Below the pieces are notes generated by a model. The model saw only the letters and a list, made by a program, of their open reading frames with translations, ran no database searches and was not told the origin of the DNA. DNA of 64,000 bases, taken from positions 1,216,001 through 1,280,000 of the forward strand of contig CAXXGO010000001.1 of assembly GCA_963666835.2 (NCBI GenBank). The letters are read 5' to 3'. This document shows, piece by piece, positions 10,714 to 20,265 of this stretch. Each line of letters opens with the position of its first letter. The first letter of the stretch is position 1. The stretch is from Phycisphaerae bacterium. GTDB lineage: Bacteria > Planctomycetota > Phycisphaerae > UBA1845. Position numbers and translations under genes: made by a program.

Positions 10714-11729
10714 TGGACCTGAACACGGTTTGGTTTCTGTTAATTTGGGTCCTGCTGGCGGGCTATGCGGTTCTCGATGGGTTCGATCTCGGGGTCGGCG
10801 TACTGCATCTGTTCGCCCGTGACGAATCGGAGCGGCGAACCAACGCCGCGGCGATCGGGCCGTTCTGGGACGGGAATGAGGTCTGGCTGCTAACCGGAGG
10901 AGGTGCCTTGTTCGCGGCATTCCCGATCGTGTATGCGACCGTATTCAGCAGCTTCTACCTGGCGTTCATGCTGCTGCTGCTGGCGCTGATTTTCCGGGCG
11001 GTTTCGCTGGAGTTTCGCGGGCAGGTGGATTGCCCACGCTGGCGGCGGGCCTGGGATCTGGCGTTCGGGCTGGGCAGCTTGGCCCCTGCGCTTCTGGTGG
11101 GCGTGGCGATGGGTAACGTGCTGCGCGGCATTCCGCTCGAAGCCGATGGGACGGCCGTGGTGCCGTTTCTGTCCCTGCTCAACCCTTACGCTCTGCTGAT
11201 CGGGGTCTTGACGCTGGTGATGTTTACGATGCACGGCGCGGCGTTCCTGACCATCAAGACCGAAGGCGATCTGCAGCAGCGGATGGCAAGGTGGACGCAG
11301 GGCGCCTGGGTTGTCTTCATTATTCTATATCTCGGAGCGTTTGCGGCCACGTTCTTCGCCGCGCCGTTTCTCTTCGAGGGCGTGTTGAGCAACCCGCTGT
11401 TCTGGGTATTTTTGGTATTGGTGTTTGTTGCGGTAGTCAACATTCCGATTGCGAACCGAGCGAAGAAGTTCCTTCGAATGTTCTTGGCATCGGCTGCTGC
11501 GATTGCGGGGATGATGGGTCTGGCCGCGGTGTGCCTGTTCCCCAGGCTCGTACCGTCGAGCCTTGATCCGGCCGATAGCCTGACGATCTACAACGCGTCG
11601 TCCACCCCGCGGACCTTGACGGTCATGCTGGTGATCGCGGTGATCGGTATGCCGGTGGTGATTGGATACAGCGCTTATATCTACCGGGTCTTCTCGGGCA
11701 AGGTGGTCGTCACGGCGGAGCATTACTAG
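10713..11729 (+). CDS. cydB: Cytochrome bd ubiquinol oxidase subunit II
   Basis: LDGFDLGVG, PFWDGNEVWL; ATG overlaps the cydA stop (TAATG) after SD AGGAGG. Confidence 0.95.
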   Translation: MDLNTVWFLLIWVLLAGYAVLDGFDLGVGVLHLFARDESERRTNAAAIGPFWDGNEVWLLTGGGALFAAFPIVYATVFSSFYLAFMLLLLALIFRAVSLEFRGQVDCPRWRRAWDLAFGLGSLAPALLVGVAMGNVLRGIPLEADGTAVVPFLSLLNPYALLIGVLTLVMFTMHGAAFLTIKTEGDLQQRMARWTQGAWVVFIILYLGAFAATFFAAPFLFEGVLSNPLFWVFLVLVFVAVVNIPIANRAKKFLRMFLASAAAIAGMMGLAAVCLFPRLVPSSLDPADSLTIYNASSTPRTLTVMLVIAVIGMPVVIGYSAYIYRVFSGKVVVTAEHY

Positions 11730-11875
11730 CGGAGGAGCGCGGGAGTGTGGGGCGGATCGTCAGTGAGTGGCAATGAGCGACAAGCGAGTTCGTTCAGCTC
11801 CGGGAGATTAAAGCGAGTGAGCTGTTGCGACAGGCAGGCGGCACTGTGGAGCCCGCGTATGAGGTTGAACGAAGG

Positions 11876-13069
11876 ATGATCATCGGGATTTGCAGAGAGA
11901 CGTTTCCCGGCGAGCGGCGGGTGGCGATCATTCCCGACGCGGCTCGACGGTTGGCTAAGCTCGGCCTGGACCTGCTCGTGGAACGTGGGGCGGGTACGGA
12001 AGCGGGCTTTTCCGATGCGGCGTACGAACAAGCCGGCGTTCGGTTGGCGGGTAGTCGGGCCGAGGTTTTCACGGCGGCCGAGGTAATCCTTCAAGTAAGG
12101 TCGGTCGGGGCCAATCCGGACGCGGGCCGGCGCGATCTTGGGCTGATGCGCTCCGGACAGGCGTTGATTGGCTTCAGCGAGCCTCTCTCCTCGCCGGAGC
12201 TTGTTCGGGCGGTCGGCGAGACCGGGGCAACCAGCTTCGCGATGGAGTTGTTGCCGCGAATCACCCGCGCCCAGACGATGGACGCCCTGTCTGCTATGGC
12301 CACGGTAGCCGGATATAAGGCCGTCCTGCTGGCAGCCGAAGCGCTCCCGAAGATGTTTCCCATGTTCATGACCGCGGCGGGAACCGTCAAAGCCGCCAAG
12401 GTGCTGGTGGTTGGCGCCGGAGTGGCAGGTCTGCAGGCGATCGCTACGGCGAAACGCCTCGGTGCCGTCGTAAGCGCGTATGACATAAGGCCGGCCGTGA
12501 AGGAGCAGGTGGAGAGTCTCGGCGCCAAGTTCGTAGAGGTGGAAATCGACGCCGGCGAGACGGAGGGCAAGGGCGGGTATGCCAAAGCGATGACCGAGGA
12601 GTTCTACCGCGAGCAGCGCGAGTTGATGGCCAAGGTGGTTGCGGAGAACGATGTGGTGATCACTACCGCGGCGGTACCGGGTAAGAAAGCGCCGCTGCTG
12701 GTCACCGCGGGGATGGTCGAGGGCATGATTCCGGGCTCGGTGGTTGTTGATCTCGCGGCTGAGCGGGGCGGCAACTGTGAGTTGACCAAGTCCGACGAAA
12801 CCGTGGTCCACCGCGGAGTTTCCGTGCTGGGCCCGACGAACCTGCCTTCCACCGTGCCTTGTCACGCCAGTCAGATGTACTCCAAGAATATTTCTACGCT
12901 GCTGGGTCACCTAGTGAAAGACGGGGTTCTGGAACTGAATCTTGAGGATGAGATTACTCGGGAGATGCTTCTGACTTACGGCGGCGAGGTCGTGCAACCA
13001 CGGGTGCGCGAGCTGCTCGGTATGCCGGTGCGACCTTCCCAGACAGAGGAGGCCTCGAAAGATGGATAA
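11876..13069 (+). CDS. pntAA: NAD(P) transhydrogenase subunit alpha part 1 (dI)
   Basis: GERRVA, PRITRAQTMDALS, GAGVAGLQAIATA, GGYAK, GGNCE. Confidence 0.95.
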   Translation: MIIGICRETFPGERRVAIIPDAARRLAKLGLDLLVERGAGTEAGFSDAAYEQAGVRLAGSRAEVFTAAEVILQVRSVGANPDAGRRDLGLMRSGQALIGFSEPLSSPELVRAVGETGATSFAMELLPRITRAQTMDALSAMATVAGYKAVLLAAEALPKMFPMFMTAAGTVKAAKVLVVGAGVAGLQAIATAKRLGAVVSAYDIRPAVKEQVESLGAKFVEVEIDAGETEGKGGYAKAMTEEFYREQRELMAKVVAENDVVITTAAVPGKKAPLLVTAGMVEGMIPGSVVVDLAAERGGNCELTKSDETVVHRGVSVLGPTNLPSTVPCHASQMYSKNISTLLGHLVKDGVLELNLEDEITREMLLTYGGEVVQPRVRELLGMPVRPSQTEEASKDG

Positions 13070-13385
13070 TGTCATTCTATTAGCACAGGATGCGCCGGCC
13101 GACGGTACGGCTTTGGTTATGCTCTTGACCGTGTTCGTCCTGGCCGTGTTCGTCGGCTTTGAGGTAATTACCAAAGTGCCGCCGACGCTGCACACTCCGC
13201 TTATGGCCGGGTCCAACGCGGTTTCCGGGATTACCGTGGTTGGGGCTCTCGTGGCGGCGGGCGCCGGGCACGGCGCTCTTTCCACCGGTTTGGGGTTTGT
13301 TGCAGTGATCCTCGCCACCGTAAACGTCGTCGGCGGATTCCTGGTCTCGCATCGTATGCTCGAGATGTTCCGGAAGAAGGACTGA
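13062..13385 (+). CDS. pntAB: NAD(P) transhydrogenase subunit alpha part 2 (membrane)
   Basis: VPPTLHTPLMAGSNAVSG, NVVGGFLVSHRML. Confidence 0.95.
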   Translation: MDNVILLAQDAPADGTALVMLLTVFVLAVFVGFEVITKVPPTLHTPLMAGSNAVSGITVVGALVAAGAGHGALSTGLGFVAVILATVNVVGGFLVSHRMLEMFRKKD

Positions 13386-13388
13386 GCC

Positions 13389-14852
13389 GTGACAGACTCA
13401 CACATTGAGACTATTCGCAATCTGGCGTATCTGTTGGCCTCGGTGCTCTTCATCTTCGGGCTAAAAGGGCTCACTCATCCGCGCACGGCGGTGCGCGGCA
13501 TGCAGTTGGGGGCGGTCGGGATGTTCGTGGCCGTGCTGGCCACCGTCATGGCCGGGGGGATTCTGTCGTGGACGTGGGTTGTAGTCGGTCTTCTGCTAGG
13601 TTCGATCGTCGGGGTCCTGATGGCGATCAAGATCCCCCTGACCGACATTCCGCAGATGGTCGCCCTGTTCAATGGATTCGGGGGGGCGGCGTCGTTTCTG
13701 GTAGCGGGAAGTGAGATGGCCGTGCAAACCGCTACGGGGGGAGTTGGAACAGAGGGCGCGGTGGGGTTTGTTGCCGGGATTCCGATTCAGTCTGTCATTG
13801 CTATCGCGGCCTCCGGCATGATCGGCTCGTTGACCCTTTCAGGAAGTCTGATCGCGGCCGGGAAACTGCACGAGGTCAGTTTCAACTGGGGTAGCAAGAA
13901 GGTCTGGATGAGCAACGCCATGTTGTTGCCCGGCCGGCACGCGATCACCGGAGTCTGCTTTGCAGCGTGCCTGGTCGTGTGTGCGCTGATGGTGGTTAAT
14001 CCCGGTGTCTCTGGCTGGTATTGGGTGCTGGTCGCCGTTGCGGCGGTCTTTGGTATTTTGATCACGATCCCGATTGGCGGTGCGGACATGCCGGTGGTGA
14101 TCGCCCTGCTGAACTCGTATTCCGGCCTGGCGGCGTGTGCCACCGGCTTTGTTATCAATAACACGGTTCTGATTATCGCCGGCGCTCTGGTTGGGGCGTC
14201 AGGGCTGATCTTAACCAACATCATGTGCAAAGCGATGAACCGGTCCCTGGCCGCGGTCATGTTCGCCACCATGGCCAAGGCGGAAGCGGAGGGTCCGTCG
14301 GAGGATGACGTTTATTCGGGCAAGATCAAATCGACGAGTGCCGAGGAAGTGGCCATGTTGTTCGACGGTGCTCGGCGCGTCGTGATCGTCCCGGGCTATG
14401 GGATGGCCGTGTCGCAGGCTCAGCACGCCGTTCGCGACCTGGCGAACCTGCTGGAATCGCGAGGGACAGACGTCGAGTTCGCGATCCACCCGGTGGCCGG
14501 GCGGATGCCGGGGCACATGAATGTCCTGCTGGCGGAGGCGGACATTCCTTATGAGAAGCTCAAGGAGATGGAAGAGATCAACCCGACGCTGGAGACGGTT
14601 GATGTGGCGCTGGTGATCGGAGCTAACGATGTGGTGAACCCGGTCGCGCGCACGGATCCGAGTTCGCCGATTGCCGGGATGCCGATCATCGATATCGATA
14701 AGTGCCACACGGTTGTCGTAATCAAGCGTAGCCTGAGCCCGGGTTTTGCGGGAATCCCGAACCCGCTTTTTGCGGCGGACAATACTCTGATGTTCTTCAA
14801 TGACGGTAAGAAGGCATTCTTAGAATTAGTGGCAGCGGTCAAAGAAAGTTGA
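13389..14852 (+). CDS. pntB: NAD(P) transhydrogenase subunit beta
   Basis: IGGADMPVVIALLNSYSG, AMNRS, IHPVAGRMPGHMNVLLAEA, GANDVVNP. Confidence 0.96.
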   Translation: MTDSHIETIRNLAYLLASVLFIFGLKGLTHPRTAVRGMQLGAVGMFVAVLATVMAGGILSWTWVVVGLLLGSIVGVLMAIKIPLTDIPQMVALFNGFGGAASFLVAGSEMAVQTATGGVGTEGAVGFVAGIPIQSVIAIAASGMIGSLTLSGSLIAAGKLHEVSFNWGSKKVWMSNAMLLPGRHAITGVCFAACLVVCALMVVNPGVSGWYWVLVAVAAVFGILITIPIGGADMPVVIALLNSYSGLAACATGFVINNTVLIIAGALVGASGLILTNIMCKAMNRSLAAVMFATMAKAEAEGPSEDDVYSGKIKSTSAEEVAMLFDGARRVVIVPGYGMAVSQAQHAVRDLANLLESRGTDVEFAIHPVAGRMPGHMNVLLAEADIPYEKLKEMEEINPTLETVDVALVIGANDVVNPVARTDPSSPIAGMPIIDIDKCHTVVVIKRSLSPGFAGIPNPLFAADNTLMFFNDGKKAFLELVAAVKES

Positions 14853-14856
14853 TCTT

Positions 14857-16551
14857 ATGGAGTCCTCCGGAAGCCTACCACACGAGAACCCGGGACCGGG
14901 CAGCCGCGTTGACGGCGGAGCGGCGGGCTATGGCCTTGGAGACTATCGTGGCCGGGAAAGCCGTTTCGCTGGGCTGCCCATCAGCGATGGTATCGCAGTC
15001 GGGGAGGTCTGCCTGTTCAACGAGCGGCGTCACGAGGATCTGCCGGTATACGGAGTGGCTCAGGAGGCGAAGGAACGCGAACGACAGCGCCTGATTGATG
15101 CTGTTGCGGTTGTCGTTGAGCGTATCGACGTCCTCACCGATGAGGTCGCCGAGCGCGTCGGCCCGGTAGAGGCCGAGATCTTCCAGGCCCAGAAGGCCAT
15201 TCTTGGGGATCCCGGCTTGAAAGAGCAGATGCTCAAAGTGCTTGACACGACCGGCGCTAATGCGGAGTTCGCCGTCAGCCGGACGCTGGACGATTACGAG
15301 AACCGCATTCAGGCTGTGGACAACGAGTACATCAAGGAACGCGCGACTGACATCGGTGAAATCCGCCGTCGGATTCTCGATGTGCTCCGGAACATGAGCC
15401 CGGCGCTGCAGTGTACCGGTCAGAAGCACTGCCGGCGCGGGCGTGATCGCATAATCGTGGCGGAGGAGCTCACGCCGAGCTTGACGGTGGAGATGGACGT
15501 CCGACACACGATCGGGTTCGTGACCGAACGCGGGGGCTCCACCTCTCACGCGGCGATTCTCGCTCGCGCGCTGGGGGTTCCCGCGATCAGCGGAATCGAG
15601 GGAATCCGCAGCCGGGTGGCCTGCGGCACTGAGCTGCTCTTGAACGGGACAACGGGCGAAGTGGTCATGTGGCCGGGCGCTCAAACCTTGGCTCAATATC
15701 CCGCCTTAGGTCGTGGGATCGCGACCGTGCCCAACGCCGTCGCGCCGGTGGCGGACCTCAAGGTAATGGCGAATATCAGCCTTGCCGCCGAAGTGGCCGA
15801 GGCGGCGGCGATGCAGGCCGAGGGGATTGGGCTGTACCGTACGGAGTTCGAGTTCATCGCGGCCGGGCGCATGCTGGACGAGGACGAGCAGTTCGAGCGC
15901 TATCACTCGGTGGTTACGGCGATGGCGGGGCGGCCGGTGACGTTCCGGCTATTGGATATCGGCGGTGACAAGGCTGCTCCGTTCTTTGGCCTTCCGGTGG
16001 AGCCCAATCCCTACTTGGGCCTGCGCGGGAGCCGTCTTCTACTGGCCCGGCCGGAGCTGTTCAGAGCGCAGGTGCGGGCTTTGGCGAGGGTTTCGGCAGA
16101 AGGTCCGGTGAGTGTGATGTACCCGATGGTCGTCGATCGTGACCAGTTCCTGGCTCTGAAGGCGGTCTTTCTCGAGGCGACGGCCGATCTCGACGCAGAG
16201 CGCATCCTGCACGGCGTGATGTTCGAAGTACCATCGGCATGTCTGCGAGCGAGTGAGATCCTGGAGGTTGCGGACTTCGGAAGTGTGGGAACGAACGACC
16301 TGGTGCAGTACCTTTTTGCGGCTGATCGCAACAACGAACTGGTAGCGCATGACTGCGACCCGGACCGGCCGGTGTTCTGGTCGTTGATCAGCGACATCGT
16401 CCGCGCCGCTAAGAAGACCGGCCGTCCGCTGTCCGTCTGCGGAGAGGCGGCTGGCGACTTGGCGCTCCTTGCGAAGTTCGTAGATGCGGGCGTGCAGACG
16501 GTCAGTGTCAGCGCGCGGCGGGTTCCGGATGTGAGATTGGCGGTAGGTTAA
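14857..16551 (+). CDS. ptsI: Phosphoenolpyruvate-protein phosphotransferase (PTS enzyme I)
   Basis: GLPISDGIAVG, phospho-His TSHAAILAR, GIGLYRTEF, DIGGDK, NPYLGLRG, GTNDLVQY, catalytic SVCGE. Confidence 0.9.
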   Translation: MESSGSLPHENPGPGSRVDGGAAGYGLGDYRGRESRFAGLPISDGIAVGEVCLFNERRHEDLPVYGVAQEAKERERQRLIDAVAVVVERIDVLTDEVAERVGPVEAEIFQAQKAILGDPGLKEQMLKVLDTTGANAEFAVSRTLDDYENRIQAVDNEYIKERATDIGEIRRRILDVLRNMSPALQCTGQKHCRRGRDRIIVAEELTPSLTVEMDVRHTIGFVTERGGSTSHAAILARALGVPAISGIEGIRSRVACGTELLLNGTTGEVVMWPGAQTLAQYPALGRGIATVPNAVAPVADLKVMANISLAAEVAEAAAMQAEGIGLYRTEFEFIAAGRMLDEDEQFERYHSVVTAMAGRPVTFRLLDIGGDKAAPFFGLPVEPNPYLGLRGSRLLLARPELFRAQVRALARVSAEGPVSVMYPMVVDRDQFLALKAVFLEATADLDAERILHGVMFEVPSACLRASEILEVADFGSVGTNDLVQYLFAADRNNELVAHDCDPDRPVFWSLISDIVRAAKKTGRPLSVCGEAAGDLALLAKFVDAGVQTVSVSARRVPDVRLAVG

Positions 16552-16639
16552 CGCGGGCGGACGCCGTATTCCCGCGAAGCTGCCGGAGTCGGGGTGAGTG
16601 GTGATTGTGAAGAAGTGAGTTCCCGACCGGAGCAAGCAG

Positions 16640-17137
16640 ATGAGAGGCATGCAAAATAGCCCCACGCAGCTTCTGGAAGTTGGCGAGGAGGCCCCGAGTT
16701 TCTCTCTTCCCGATCAAAACGGGAAAGTGACTACGTTGGAAGAGTTTCGCGGGATCAAGAACGTCGTGTTGGTGTTCTATCCGCGCGACCACACTCCGGG
16801 CTGCACGCAGCAGTTGTGTAATATCCGCGACGATTTTGAGTTGTTCACCGCTGAGGATGTGGTCGTGTTGGGGGTTAATCCGCAAGATGCCCGCGCGCAC
16901 CGCGGGTTCACTGACCGGCACGGTTTCCCGTTCCGGTTGTTGGCAGATCGAGATAAGCGCGTCGTGTCGGCGTACGGGTGCCGGGGAATACTGGCGACGA
17001 AACGGACCGTTTACGGCATCGACAAGGACGGGGTGATTGTCTTTGCCCGCCGGGGGGCACCGTCGAGCGATGAGATCCTCCGTGCTTTCCGAAGTAGCGC
17101 AGCGGCAGAAGATGCGGGTTCTCCCGCATCCGGCTAG
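16640..17137 (+). CDS. bcp: BCP/PrxQ peroxiredoxin
   Basis: FYPRDHTPGCTQQLC (CxxxxC). Confidence 0.9.
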   Translation: MRGMQNSPTQLLEVGEEAPSFSLPDQNGKVTTLEEFRGIKNVVLVFYPRDHTPGCTQQLCNIRDDFELFTAEDVVVLGVNPQDARAHRGFTDRHGFPFRLLADRDKRVVSAYGCRGILATKRTVYGIDKDGVIVFARRGAPSSDEILRAFRSSAAAEDAGSPASG

Positions 17138-17172
17138 TGGGGCTGATAGCGAGACGAGCGGCGAGAGTCGAC

Positions 17173-18579
17173 ATGGAATACCGAACCGAACACGATACTC
17201 TCGGTGAAGTTGCCGTGCCGCGCGAGGCGTACTACGGGGCGCAAACGCAGCGGGCGGTGCAGAACTTCCCGGTAAGCGGTTTGCGGCTTCCGGCCTCATT
17301 CGTGCGGGCGCAGGCGGTCATAAAGCGAGCCGCGGCCCTTGCCAACATGGCTTCGGGAGTTCTGGATCGCGAGATCGGCGAAGCCCTGGTCAGAGCGGCC
17401 GAGGAGGTGATGGAGGGTCGGTTTGGCGATCAGTTCGTCGTTGATGTGTTTCAGGCCGGTGCGGGCACCTCACAGAACATGAATGTTAATGAGGTTCTTG
17501 CCAACCGGGCAAACGAGCTCTTAGGCGGGGAGAAGGGCATGTATCACCGGGTACACCCTAACGACCACGCCAACATGGCTCAGTCTACGAATGACACCAT
17601 CCATGCGGCCATCCACATTGCCGCGGTGGGCGAGATCCGCGAGCGACTTCTGCCCACCGTGGGACGCCTTGCCGAGGCTTTGGAGTGTAAGGCGATCGAT
17701 TTCGACCACATTCTCAAAGCCGGACGGACCCATCTGCAGGACGCGGCTCCGGTTCGTCTCGGGCAGGAGTTTGGCGCGTATGCGCGCATGGTTCGGCTGG
17801 GGATAGGACGGATTGACGCGGCCTGTGTGGGTCTTCTGCCTTTGTGTATCGGTGGAACAGCGGTCGGGACGGGGCTCAACACGGATCGGGGTTATCGAAA
17901 GACGGCTGTCGGCCGGATAAACGAGGTGACCGGATACAAGTTCACCAGCGCCGGTAATCTCTTCGAAGCTATGCAGGGCATGGATGCGGTTGTGGAGGTG
18001 GCCGGCGCGCTCCGCGTGCTGGTGACCAGCCTGCGCAAGATCGCCGACGATTTGCGGCTTCTGGGTTCAGGACCGCGCACGGGTCTGGCGGAGATTCATC
18101 TGCCGGCGGTTCAGCCGGGTTCGTCGATCATGCCGGGTAAGGTGAACCCGGTGATGGCTGAGATGCTCGACATGGTCTGCCTGCACTGCCTGGGTTGCGA
18201 CAGCGCGATCGTTTCCGCGGCGCAAGCCGGCCAACTCGAGTTGAACGTCATGATGCCGGTGATTGCCTACAACCTGCTGCAGGAGATCGCGATTCTGACC
18301 GGGGGCGTTGAGGCGTTTTCAGAGCGGTGCATTAAGGGAATCGAAGCGAACGTAGAGGTTTGCCGGGCGAACGCGGAACGTAGCCCGGCGGTCGCTACGG
18401 CGCTGAATCCTGCGATCGGATACGAGCAGGCGGCCAAACTGGCGAACGAAGCCTTGGAGAAGGGGGTTTCGGTTCGAGACTTAGCACGTAAGAAGGGTCT
18501 TCTGGACGAAGGCACGTTGGATATGTTGCTGGATTTACGGAGAATGACCGAGGATCCCGCAGCCGGCGACCGGGAGTGA
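17173..18579 (+). CDS. Aspartate ammonia-lyase / class II fumarate hydratase family lyase
   Basis: GSSIMPGKVNP signature, GRTHLQDA, QAGAGTS/QSTND (more AspA-like); substrate uncertain. Confidence 0.85.
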   Translation: MEYRTEHDTLGEVAVPREAYYGAQTQRAVQNFPVSGLRLPASFVRAQAVIKRAAALANMASGVLDREIGEALVRAAEEVMEGRFGDQFVVDVFQAGAGTSQNMNVNEVLANRANELLGGEKGMYHRVHPNDHANMAQSTNDTIHAAIHIAAVGEIRERLLPTVGRLAEALECKAIDFDHILKAGRTHLQDAAPVRLGQEFGAYARMVRLGIGRIDAACVGLLPLCIGGTAVGTGLNTDRGYRKTAVGRINEVTGYKFTSAGNLFEAMQGMDAVVEVAGALRVLVTSLRKIADDLRLLGSGPRTGLAEIHLPAVQPGSSIMPGKVNPVMAEMLDMVCLHCLGCDSAIVSAAQAGQLELNVMMPVIAYNLLQEIAILTGGVEAFSERCIKGIEANVEVCRANAERSPAVATALNPAIGYEQAAKLANEALEKGVSVRDLARKKGLLDEGTLDMLLDLRRMTEDPAAGDRE

Positions 18580-18678
18580 CCGATAGAGCTGAGGTACTGT
18601 CGCTGATGCGGTCAGTCCACCCAGATCCGCGGAACCAGGCTTAGGGACGTCATTTCATCACGTTAAAGGAGATCTCAC

Positions 18679-20202
18679 ATGAACGATCACGCAAAGAAGC
18701 TCACGACCGCCTCCGGCCAGCCGGTTGGAGACGACCAGAACACGCTAACCGCTGGTGCCCCGGGGCCCGCGCTCATGCAGGATGTACACCTGATGGAGAA
18801 GCTGGCCCATTTTAATCGCGAACGTATTCCGGAGCGGGTGGTTCACGCAAAAGGAGCGGGGGCGCATGGGTACTTCGAAGTTACAGGCGATGTGACGAAG
18901 TACACCAAGGCGGAGTTTCTGTCTAAAATCGGCAAGCGCACCGAAGTCTTCGCGCGGTTCTCGACCGTAGGAGGTGAGAAAGGCTCCGCCGACTCGGAAC
19001 GAGATCCTCGGGGGTTTGCGATAAAGTTTTATACTGAGGAAGGGAACTACGACATGACGGGGAACAACACGCCCGTCTTCTTCATCCGCGATCCAATGAA
19101 GTTCCCTGATTTTATTCACACTCAGAAGCGCGACCCGGCGACGAACGGAAAGAACGCGGATGCGTTTTGGGATTTCCTTTCGCTCACGCCCGAGTCGATC
19201 CACCAGGTTACGGTCCTCTTTTCGGATCGCGGTACTCCCAAGACGTACCGGCACATGAACGGCTACAGCAGCCACACGTTCAAGTGGTACAACGCCAACG
19301 GGGAGCACTACTGGGTGCAATATCATTTCAAGACGGAGCAGGGTATCCAGAACCTGACCCGGGAGGAGGCCACCCGGTTGGCGGGAGAGAACCCCGACCA
19401 CGCTACGTGTGATCTGCGCGACTCGATCGAGCGGGGCGAGCATCCGGCCTGGAGAGTCTGCGTGCAGATCATGACCCCGGAGCAAGCCAAGAGCTACCGT
19501 TTCGATCCGTTCGATATCACGAAGGTCTGGCCTCATAGTGATTTCCCTCTGATTGAGATCGGGCGTATGGTCCTCGATCGTAATCCGAAGAACTACTTCG
19601 CCGAGGTGGAGCAGGCGGCCTTCTCGCCGGGCAACTTCGTACCGGGCATCGCCGCTTCTCCGGACAAGATGCTCCAGGCGCGAATTCACTCTTATCACGA
19701 CGCCCACCTGTACCGCCTGGGTACGAATTACCAGCAGCTTCCGATAAACGCCCCGAAAGCCACCGCGGCGAACCACTATCAGCGGGACGGGTACATGCAA
19801 TACGGGGCTAACGGCGAGGGAGGTCCCAACTACTATCCGAACAGTTTCGGAGGTCCCGAGCCTGACCCGCAGGCGGCGGAACCACCGTTTGAGGTTTCGG
19901 GGATGGTCGCGCGGCAGCCCCACACTCACCCCAACGATGATTTCGTCCAGGCCGGGGATTTGTACCGCAAGGTAATGACCGACGAGGACCGCGATCATCT
20001 GATCGGCAACATCGTAGCTCACCTGGGCAAAGCCCAAAGGCGTATCCAGATGCGCCAGGTGGCGATCTTCCACAAGGCCGATCCCGACTACGGCGCGCGG
20101 GTGGCTACCGGCCTCGGGTTGGATCGCAAAGTCATGGAGCGGATGGCAGTCATGCCCCAGGAAGAGCGGGTCAAGGCCACTATGGAAGGAATCTACACCT
20201 GA
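18679..20202 (+). CDS. katA: Monofunctional heme catalase (small subunit)
   Basis: [30 protein letters not shown], proximal RIHSYHDAH. Confidence 0.96.
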   Translation: MNDHAKKLTTASGQPVGDDQNTLTAGAPGPALMQDVHLMEKLAHFNRERIPERVVHAKGAGAHGYFEVTGDVTKYTKAEFLSKIGKRTEVFARFSTVGGEKGSADSERDPRGFAIKFYTEEGNYDMTGNNTPVFFIRDPMKFPDFIHTQKRDPATNGKNADAFWDFLSLTPESIHQVTVLFSDRGTPKTYRHMNGYSSHTFKWYNANGEHYWVQYHFKTEQGIQNLTREEATRLAGENPDHATCDLRDSIERGEHPAWRVCVQIMTPEQAKSYRFDPFDITKVWPHSDFPLIEIGRMVLDRNPKNYFAEVEQAAFSPGNFVPGIAASPDKMLQARIHSYHDAHLYRLGTNYQQLPINAPKATAANHYQRDGYMQYGANGEGGPNYYPNSFGGPEPDPQAAEPPFEVSGMVARQPHTHPNDDFVQAGDLYRKVMTDEDRDHLIGNIVAHLGKAQRRIQMRQVAIFHKADPDYGARVATGLGLDRKVMERMAVMPQEERVKATMEGIYT

Positions 20203-20265
20203 TCGTACGCGGCGCTACATTAGACGGGAGCGTAGCGATTTTTTGCGACACAAAGGAGTCTCGCC

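Noticed and set aside
14849..15094. Alternative-frame MALETIVAGKAVSLG suggesting a frameshifted ptsI N-terminus
   Set aside because: The main frame already has the canonical EI start motif (RFAGLPISDGIAVG) and is uninterrupted
18745..20073. 442-aa antisense ORF over catalase (similar: 6168-7190, 11726-12910, 62115-63302)
   Set aside because: Shadow ORFs expected from high-GC codon bias opposite well-supported genes; no recognisable motifs
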